This document shows positions 52,612 to 58,974 of a DNA stretch of 58,974 nucleotides, one piece after another. Below the pieces are notes generated by a model that saw only the letters and a program-made list of their open reading frames with translations, made no database searches and was not told the DNA's origin. Made by a program: the position numbers and the translations under genes. This DNA is from a bacterium (GTDB lineage Bacteria > Patescibacteriota > Minisyncoccia > JAUYLV01). The number at the start of each line of letters is the position of its first letter. Within the stretch, counting starts at the first letter, position 1. The stretch is from contig JAUYLV010000053.1 in NCBI GenBank assembly GCA_030699565.1, positions 1 through 58,974 of the forward strand, in the 5' to 3' direction.

Positions 52612-54828
52612 TTACCAATCAAGGAGCGCTTCGATCGCTGCTTTGACCTTTCGGGCCGTGGGCAGATGCGCTTCTTCCAACTCCTTGGAGGCCGGAACGG
52701 GCGTGTTGGCAGCGGCCAGACGACGCACCGACGCTTCCAGGTGGTCGAAAACGCGTTCCTGGATGTGTGCGGCGATCGTATTGCCGAACGATCCGGTCAG
52801 AGGAGCTTCCCACGTCACGAGGCATTTATGCGTTCGTCGCACGGACTCCTCGATGTATGTGGCATCGAACGGAATGATCGTGCGCAGATCGATCACCTCG
52901 ATGGAGCAATCTTTGCGTTCATGCTCTATGGCATGCACCGCCTCGAGCGCGCGGATCACCTGCGATCCCCATGTGACGATCGTGGCGTCTTTGCCGGGTT
53001 TTACGATGCGCGCCTTGCCGATCGGCACGACATAGTCATATGACGGCACAAGCGTTGCCAGCTCCGGCGGAAGATTTTCGAATGTCGTGCGATAGTGCGC
53101 CTTATACTCCAAAAAGAGCACCGGATTGGGGTCGCGCAGCGCGGCCTTCAGGAGTCCTTTGGCGTCGAAGGCGGTTATGGGAGCGACGATCTTGAGGCCC
53201 GGGGTCGATGCGAACCATGATTCCGGATTGACCGTATGATACGGTCCGCCGCCGGGAACCCAGCCCGCCGGACCGCGGAAGGTGATCGGCATAGGACCCA
53301 TGTTCTTTGCCGTCATCGTCGCGATAAGGTTTACGATCTCCGCGAATGCCCGCGAGCCGAAGTCGAAATATTGAAACTCGATGCACGGGTGGAGTCCGGC
53401 CTGCGCCGCACCCGCCGCAACATCGGTGAATCCCGCCTCGGAAAGTGGCGCATCCACAACGCGGCGCTGGCGGAACGCTTTCGGATCGCTCCAGAATTCT
53501 TCCGGAGTAAAATTATCGAATTGGCGGCTAAAACCCGCGGTGATCTTAAACGGGCCGTCGGAGAGGCCGATGTCTTCTCCCATCAGGAAGATGTCCTGAT
53601 TTCGGATCATCTCCTCCTTTAGCGCTTCCTGGATGGCGGTATGATACGAGATGCGGCGACCTTCTGTCGGCGGATCTGTATATGCGCGAATATGGACGGG
53701 GGAAGGCGTGAATATCTTTGACTCGATATCCGTTGCATCCGGCGGAGGGGATTTTTCTGCAAAGTCCACCGCCGAACGAACCTCGTCCTCCGCTTTCACC
53801 TCCAGGCGCTCAAGTTCCTTCTCGTCGGTGCCCGCGACCGTAAGGAGGAATGCGCGATGGGTTTCGATGGGATCCTTGGCGCGCCATGCCTCGAAATGCT
53901 CTTTCGGAACGTAAGACTTCGGGTTGTCCGCCATGGAGTGTCCTACAAGACGCATGGAGCGGGCTTCGATGACGGAAATGATGCGTTCATGCCGGGCGCG
54001 TTCAAGTGCGTTGTGCACGGTCTGGTAAACCGCACGCGCATTGGTGCCGTCGATCAGCCAGCCTTCAATGTGCCGGCCATAGCCGAGGGCGCGAAGCGCG
54101 GGTGTCGGGACGGCGAATTGCAGCGCGTTCGGTGTACCGAATGCCCATTGATTGTTTTCAATGAGCAGTACCAAGGGAAGATGCATGACCGCGGCAATAT
54201 TCAATGCCTCGTGCACGTTGCCGACGCTCGTTGCCCCGTCGCCGATAATGGCCAAAGCCACGCCGTCATGGCCGTCTTCGCCATGTGCTCGGTATATTTC
54301 GGCAAGAGCGTGTCCGGCGGCAAGGCCAATGTTCGTGCCCAAGTGGCTGATGTTGATGCCGATCGTTTTCAGATCGATCCGACCCATATGCGTTCCGTAA
54401 TCCCAGCCGCGGGTTGTGCCATCTGCGCGTCCGCACGCATGGGCAATGAGTTCACCCAGGTCCATGCCGCGCATGGGAAAGGCTCCGATATCGCGAATGC
54501 CCATCGAAAGCCAGTCATGGGATTTTAGCCCGTATGCGGAGCCGACGACGGTCGCTTCGTTTCCCATACCTTCCAAGTGCTTGCCGATCGCGGCACCCCG
54601 CTTCCAAAGGTTTTCGATCGCCTTGTCGATTTTGCGCATCTTCACCATGTGGTAATAGATTTCGCAAAGCTGCCGGGGCGCAAGACCCCCGTTTTCCTTA
54701 TCGGAAAATTCGAGGATTTCCATGCCGTTAGGAAGGGTGGGGGATATGTGTATGCGTTGCGTATCAAGGCCGTGTACCGGATCAAGCGTTTCCAAAAAGG
54801 TGTAAAGTCCGCCAAAGTTGTTGTCCAT
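52612..54828 (-). CDS. Fused alpha/beta E1 component of a 2-oxoacid (pyruvate/acetoin-type) dehydrogenase
   Basis: 738 aa. The N-terminal half has TPP motif IIGDGATSVGN...LLIENNQWA. The C-terminal half resembles the transketolase-like beta subunit. Confidence 0.8.
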   Translation of the reverse strand: MDNNFGGLYTFLETLDPVHGLDTQRIHISPTLPNGMEILEFSDKENGGLAPRQLCEIYYHMVKMRKIDKAIENLWKRGAAIGKHLEGMGNEATVVGSAYGLKSHDWLSMGIRDIGAFPMRGMDLGELIAHACGRADGTTRGWDYGTHMGRIDLKTIGINISHLGTNIGLAAGHALAEIYRAHGEDGHDGVALAIIGDGATSVGNVHEALNIAAVMHLPLVLLIENNQWAFGTPNALQFAVPTPALRALGYGRHIEGWLIDGTNARAVYQTVHNALERARHERIISVIEARSMRLVGHSMADNPKSYVPKEHFEAWRAKDPIETHRAFLLTVAGTDEKELERLEVKAEDEVRSAVDFAEKSPPPDATDIESKIFTPSPVHIRAYTDPPTEGRRISYHTAIQEALKEEMIRNQDIFLMGEDIGLSDGPFKITAGFSRQFDNFTPEEFWSDPKAFRQRRVVDAPLSEAGFTDVAAGAAQAGLHPCIEFQYFDFGSRAFAEIVNLIATMTAKNMGPMPITFRGPAGWVPGGGPYHTVNPESWFASTPGLKIVAPITAFDAKGLLKAALRDPNPVLFLEYKAHYRTTFENLPPELATLVPSYDYVVPIGKARIVKPGKDATIVTWGSQVIRALEAVHAIEHERKDCSIEVIDLRTIIPFDATYIEESVRRTHKCLVTWEAPLTGSFGNTIAAHIQERVFDHLEASVRRLAAANTPVPASKELEEAHLPTARKVKAAIEALLDW

Positions 54829-54959
54829 GGGACGCCACCTCGTATGATTTTTTTAAAATACAATATGCAATCGCACTATATCGCTTTTGGCGCAAAATGC
54901 AACATCCTTTGAGTTTGATAAAATCATTCTTGGGTTACGATCAGAATGGAATAAATAGT

Positions 54960-55360
54960 GGTTATTATCAGTAATCTTGATCGATATAACTCAGCGAGGT
55001 ATTCGCTTTTTAGAGCGCTGTGCGAACGAGTTGCAAATTGCAAGGCGTTTGAAGCCGCAAGCGGGTATCCCGAGCTTGTCTTTAAAAACTTCGAGCGAGG
55101 TATTGCCAACTCGTCACGCGTTACAAAAACGAGTTACAAACCAAGGAGTGGTTCGCAAAATGAGCGGGTGTCGCGTCAAACGCGGCTTCTCTATAGTGAG
55201 GGCAGCGTCTGACGCTGCTTTCATATATCGCGTTCGACGCGATGCCCCGAGGCTGAAAGCCGAATTGGGCGATCGTTTTGCGCAGAACCACGACGAGGAT
55301 TTGCCGAGGTTTTGTACAGCGTGCGAATGGCAATACCGAGCGCAATCCATTGCAATTTTA
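54960..55360. repeat. Hairpin-array non-coding region
   Basis: Successive short hairpins (CGCGT-CAA-ACGCG, GCAGCGTC-TGA-CGCTGC, ATCGCGT-TCG-ACGCGAT). It shares the 18-mer CGCGTCAAACGCGGCTTC with 43056-43073. Confidence 0.6.
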
Positions 55361-55388
55361 AAGGGTGTATGCGACACTCAGGATTGCT

Positions 55389-56141
55389 ATGCGGCGACTT
55401 TTTTCGCTTATCGCTATATTCGTCATAGGAGGCGTGGGCGGCATTTTTTTTGACCGGCTCGCCATACCGTACCTTGCCGAGACGCGTCTGGGCGAACGGT
55501 TTCCCGCATTACGCAGAACGTCGGAACGTACTACGATCGTAAATCGCACCGAAGTGGTGCGTATCGAAGAAAGCCAGGCTATACCGGATCTTGCCGACCG
55601 GGTAAAAAATACCGTCGTACCCGTGGAGATCGCAAAAAAAGCCAAAAACCGCTCGCGAGGGGGTGTGGCGCCCTCAATGCTTTTTGAGACCGGACTGGCG
55701 CTGACCAATGACGGCTTGATCCTGGTGCATGCGGATCCCGAGTCGGTTGCAACCGATACGGCCGTCATGATCGACGGCGACCGCCGCATCGCGCTTGAGT
55801 ACGTGGCTTCCGATACCTCGACGCGTTTTACAATCTTCCGTTCGTCCGAACGGCATTTTACAATCCTGCCGTTTGCGGATGGCGCTCCGCGTCTTGGCGA
55901 TCGCCTGTTTGCCGTATCGGCAACGCGCATTGGCGAGAGGGTAACGCAGAGATTTCAAGCAAGCATGCTTGCCGCGCTTGGCGGAGAGGCATTGACGCTC
56001 GCGGATGCGGTGGAGTCAAGCGCGGTGATCGTGAACTTTGCCGGGAACGTGGTGGGAATGAATATTGTTGACGAAGATGAGGGCGTTGCGATAATCTCGG
56101 CAGGGGAATTGAGAAAGATCACGGAGAAGCTGTTGCAGTAA
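55389..56141 (+). CDS. Membrane-anchored divergent trypsin-like (HtrA/S1C-like) protein
   Basis: N-terminal TM LFSLIAIFVIGGVGGIFF. Weak similarity in TNDGLILVH and SAVIVNFAGNVVGMNI. Catalytic residues are not confidently assignable. Confidence 0.4.
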   Translation: MRRLFSLIAIFVIGGVGGIFFDRLAIPYLAETRLGERFPALRRTSERTTIVNRTEVVRIEESQAIPDLADRVKNTVVPVEIAKKAKNRSRGGVAPSMLFETGLALTNDGLILVHADPESVATDTAVMIDGDRRIALEYVASDTSTRFTIFRSSERHFTILPFADGAPRLGDRLFAVSATRIGERVTQRFQASMLAALGGEALTLADAVESSAVIVNFAGNVVGMNIVDEDEGVAIISAGELRKITEKLLQ

Positions 56142-56150
56142 AAATATATA

Positions 56151-56230
56151 CAAATCACAAACCACACAAATCACAAACAAACATTAGTAATGTATTCCCT
56201 TTGTGATTTGTGCAGTTTGTGCGGTTTGTG
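56151..56230. repeat. CACAAA/TTTGTG short-period inverted repeat element
   Basis: CAAATCACAAACCACACAAATCACAAAC ... GTGATTTGTGCAGTTTGTGCGGTTTGTG. Confidence 0.6.
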
Positions 56231-56238
56231 TTTAAGCT

Positions 56239-57018
56239 GTGCTTGAGGAACGATCATGCTTATCGAGCGATGCCATGCTGCGGCACCTGAAGGCCGAGCG
56301 TCTTTTTATTCTGCCGTTCAATCGCCGCAATATGGGTACCAGCCAGTACGATGTCCGGCTTGGCTCGTTCTATTTTCGCGAATCGTTGAACGGAGCCCGT
56401 TCGGAGGTGTTTAATGTATACCGTAAAGACGATGTCGACCGGGTCTGGGGCTCGCAGTGGCACGAGGCCGAGCTGCATAGCCAGTGGGCCGATCGCGAGA
56501 ATCGCGGACGGCTTTTGGAGAATATCGCTCCTAATGAGCGGATTATTATGATGGAACCCGGCGAGACGATTTTGGGGCATACGATCGAATTCATCGGCGG
56601 CAACGATAACCGCATTACCACCAAAATGCAGGCGCGCAGTTCCCTCGGGCGCAGTTACATTGAAGTATGCAAATGCGCGGGTATGGGTGATGTGGGTTTC
56701 TGCAGCAGGTGGACAATGGAAATAACCAATAACAGTCGTTCCCAGCGCATTCCTTTGATCGTTGGCATGCGGATCGCGCAGATTACTTTTTTTGAAACGG
56801 AGGGGGTTACGGGCAAGACCTATCGCGACGGGGGCAAATACCAGTCAAACGAGTCCTTGGCCGATATGGTGCGGGGCTGGAACCCCGAGATGATGAAGCC
56901 GAAATTATATAAGGATTGGGAATTGCGGGAGGGTTTTGGGTACCGTCATTTCGCCCAGGAATACAACGAGCAGGTGGAGAATTTTCTGCGCACGGGAAAA
57001 GTTCTCATAGGCGATTAA
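56239..57018 (+). CDS. dCTP deaminase / dUTPase-superfamily protein
   Basis: 259 aa, GTG start. LSSDAMLRHLKAERLFILPF and QARSSLGRSYIEV...GDVGFCSRWTMEITNNS resemble Dcd-family motifs. Confidence 0.65.
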   Translation: MLEERSCLSSDAMLRHLKAERLFILPFNRRNMGTSQYDVRLGSFYFRESLNGARSEVFNVYRKDDVDRVWGSQWHEAELHSQWADRENRGRLLENIAPNERIIMMEPGETILGHTIEFIGGNDNRITTKMQARSSLGRSYIEVCKCAGMGDVGFCSRWTMEITNNSRSQRIPLIVGMRIAQITFFETEGVTGKTYRDGGKYQSNESLADMVRGWNPEMMKPKLYKDWELREGFGYRHFAQEYNEQVENFLRTGKVLIGD

Positions 57019-57047
57019 TAATGGAAGTGGTATACTTACAGTTGTTT

Positions 57048-57153
57048 GTCATCGCGAGTCGCGACGCATTCGGTCGGGACGTGGCGATCCTTACACAGGT
57101 TATTTTAGAGCGATAAATGAAAGGATTACTTCATCGTTCCTCCTCGTAATGAC
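57048..57153. repeat. GTCATCGCGAG.../...GTAATGAC hairpin modules
   Basis: GTCATCGCGAGTCGCGACGCATTCGGTCGGGACGTGGCGATCC ... CTCGTAATGAC. Confidence 0.55.
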
Positions 57154-57194
57154 AAATAAGCTAAGGAAGCTTTTTAAGCAATAAGCTGTTTTTC

Positions 57195-58241
57195 ATGACC
57201 CAACGCCAGGTACAAGCTATTTTCTTCTTCTCCGTCATGGTGATCGTGGGGGCGATCGCGTTTTTCATTCTGCGTGATTACTTACTTATTCTAGGTGTGG
57301 CACTTACGCTCGCCATACTCTTCAGACCGCTCTTCAACTGGTTTAGGCGCGTGTTACACCTCCATTTGGGAGGATCGGCCGCTCTTACCACGATTGTCAT
57401 GTTCTTTATTTTTGCGGTACCGCTGACGGGATTTATTATCCTTCTTGGTACTGAAGTCCGCGAAGTATACGGCCGCGTACTTGGGTTTTTGGATGCGGAG
57501 CGGCAAGGAACGATTGCTGCCTCACCCTTAATGCATTGGTTTGCGGAAAACATTCGCGAGCGTATAGCCAATAACGGCAGCATCGTATCCATCGTCGAAT
57601 TTTTGTCGCGGAACGTGGCGACCGTTTTTTCGAATGCCGGCGACTTCTTCTTCTCGACATTCCTGTTCTTCATCGCATTCTATTATTTTACAAAAGACGG
57701 GAATATTTTCCGCCAAAAATTGTTTGGTATCAGCCCGTTGTCGGACGCGTCCGAGCAGAAGATCTATCAGCGCGTGATCGATGCGATCAACGCAGTCATG
57801 CGCGGGGCCATCATCGTGGCGGTGGTGCAGGGGACGCTCGCCGGGCTTGGCTTTTGGATGTTCGGCGTCGGCGCCCCGGTGCTCTTGGGCGTATTTACCA
57901 CCATCGCATCACTCATTCCCATGGTGGGGACGTCATTGGTGCTGGTTCCTACCATTGCATATCTCTTTATTACCGGGTCTACCGCTTCCGGAATTGGGCT
58001 TGCCATTTGGGGTGGTATTGCGGTGGGACTCATCGACAATATTTTGAAGCCTAAACTTATCGAGCAGCGCCTGAAGATCCATCCGTTACTTATCCTGCTT
58101 TCCATTATCGGTGGAATCGACGTATTCGGCTTTTTGGGCTTTATTGTTGGCCCCTTGATCCTTTCGGTGTCATGGGCATTAGTGGAGATTTATCGAGAAG
58201 AATTCCATCCGTATTTGGCTTCAACGTTCATGAATGAATAG
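57195..58241 (+). CDS. AI-2E family transporter (PerM/UPF0118)
   Basis: 348 aa. 7-8 TMs with family-typical segments FIAFYYFTKDG and IPMVGTSLVLVP. Confidence 0.75.
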   Translation: MTQRQVQAIFFFSVMVIVGAIAFFILRDYLLILGVALTLAILFRPLFNWFRRVLHLHLGGSAALTTIVMFFIFAVPLTGFIILLGTEVREVYGRVLGFLDAERQGTIAASPLMHWFAENIRERIANNGSIVSIVEFLSRNVATVFSNAGDFFFSTFLFFIAFYYFTKDGNIFRQKLFGISPLSDASEQKIYQRVIDAINAVMRGAIIVAVVQGTLAGLGFWMFGVGAPVLLGVFTTIASLIPMVGTSLVLVPTIAYLFITGSTASGIGLAIWGGIAVGLIDNILKPKLIEQRLKIHPLLILLSIIGGIDVFGFLGFIVGPLILSVSWALVEIYREEFHPYLASTFMNE

Positions 58242-58425
58242 CCCGTCTAAATTTTAGTCAGATTGTGGCTCATACGGTGTAATTACGCATCATACAGCTT
58301 CCTTGGGCATCTGCGTTAACTGTAAACATTGCAAAAACTTGGGCGGGTTTGTTGATAAGTTTTATAACCATAAATAACGGCTTTATTAAGTCATAAATCG
58401 CCACATTTTACGGGCGGTTTTTTGC

Positions 58426-58454
58426 TTGTAAATCGGGGTATTTTTTGCTATACT
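58426..58454 (+). promoter_or_regulatory. Sigma70-type promoter upstream of pheS
   Basis: TTGTAA, 17-nt spacer, TATACT, 66 nt upstream of the GTG start. Confidence 0.5.
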
Positions 58455-58520
58455 TTACGCGCTTACGCTTGACGCGAATATGCAAATCCTTTCGCGAATA
58501 ATGCGAATTGCAAATAACCT

Positions 58521-58974
58521 GTGGAAATCATCAAACAACTCAAAAAAGATGCGCTGGAGACGCTTGAAAGGGTGAGCGACGCCAAGAGCCTGGAGGAATT
58601 TCGCAATGCATACCTTGGGCGAAAAGGGGCGCTTTCGCTTTTTTTGCGTTCACTGGGAAGTCTTGCGCCCGATAAGCGTAAAGCCGCAGGCATGGCGGGA
58701 AATGAGTTGCGAAAGGCGCTCGAGGAGCGCGTTGGCGAACTGGAAAAGAAAATTGCCGGCAAGGGTGCCACCAAAACAGGTGCGAAAAAAGAACTCGATA
58801 TATCGCGTCCGGGAAGCCGCCTTCCGCGCGGTCACATTCATCTGCTTTCACAGACTCTTTCAAATATTCGCGGAATTTTTACATCCATGGGATTTGAGGT
58901 GGTTGAGGGGCCCGAGATCGAAAACGAGTGGTATAACTTCGATGCGCTGAACAGTCCCAAAGACCATCCGGCGC
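58521..58974 (+). CDS. pheS: Phenylalanine--tRNA ligase alpha subunit, N-terminal part (runs off the window)
   Basis: Not in the ORF track. My translation from the GTG at 58521 reads ...LEEFRNAYLGRKGALS...GHIHLLSQTL..GFEVVEGPEIENEWYNFDALNSPKDHPA, the PheS signature. Confidence 0.85.
   Translation, partial: MEIIKQLKKDALETLERVSDAKSLEEFRNAYLGRKGALSLFLRSLGSLAPDKRKAAGMAGNELRKALEERVGELEKKIAGKGATKTGAKKELDISRPGSRLPRGHIHLLSQTLSNIRGIFTSMGFEVVEGPEIENEWYNFDALNSPKDHPA

Noticed and set aside
54977-55453. 158-aa ORF in the E1/protease spacer
   Set aside because: The translation is repeat-derived and Arg-rich and there is no SD. It overlaps the better-supported start of the downstream membrane-anchored protein.
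55389-56141. Claim that the HtrA-like protein is a catalytically dead pseudo-protease
   Set aside because: By eye, Ser (VESSA versus GNSGG), His (LVHAD) and Asp candidates can still be aligned with the S1C triad. The call cannot be made without a real alignment.

Overview
This 58,974-bp window is a compact bacterial chromosome segment. It holds about 60 protein genes with short spacers and one intact tRNA. I found no rRNA, CRISPR, transposase, integrase or phage genes.

Gene content:
- Housekeeping: kup, murA, mreB, fmt-def-priA, tdk, murC, guaB, metE, pheS.
- Glycosylation block: GT2, methyltransferase and a large membrane protein.
- Envelope redox/copper block: DsbA-like, CuA-like cupredoxin, HMA-like, DUF3105.
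- A long SUF Fe-S assembly locus: Rrf2 regulator, sufC, sufB, sufD, sufS, sufU and a second cysteine desulfurase.
- An isolated nuoD/nuoH pair.

The gene set (PEGA and VirB2-like small membrane proteins, SUF only, almost no respiratory genes) and hairpin repeats in nearly every spacer suggest a small-genome uncultivated lineage such as Patescibacteria/CPR. That placement is inference only.

Observations I rate most worth a second look:
1. A palindrome matching the IscR type-1 operator occurs three times. It ties the Rrf2 regulator gene, a MazG-like NTP pyrophosphatase and the suf operon together. The regulator keeps only the Cys-x2-His part of the IscR cluster ligands.
2. An intact tRNA-Ala(UGC) is nested inside two tRNA-Ala-derived partial copies. 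Each copy carries a D-loop insertion whose 10-bp hairpin differs by four fully compensatory base pairs.
3. sufB and sufD are separated by about 1.07 kb holding a MITE-like element, nested inverted repeats and two antisense small membrane ORFs.
4. An orphan nuoD/nuoH pair is split by an AT-rich small membrane gene.
5. The PriA homologue has degenerate Walker A, DExH and motif VI sequences but keeps its zinc-binding cysteines.
6. There are several distinct families of MITE/REP-like hairpin elements. Some fill the stop-to-start gaps between genes exactly.

Everything was done by eye and from remembered family motifs. No searches were run, and start codons are best guesses.
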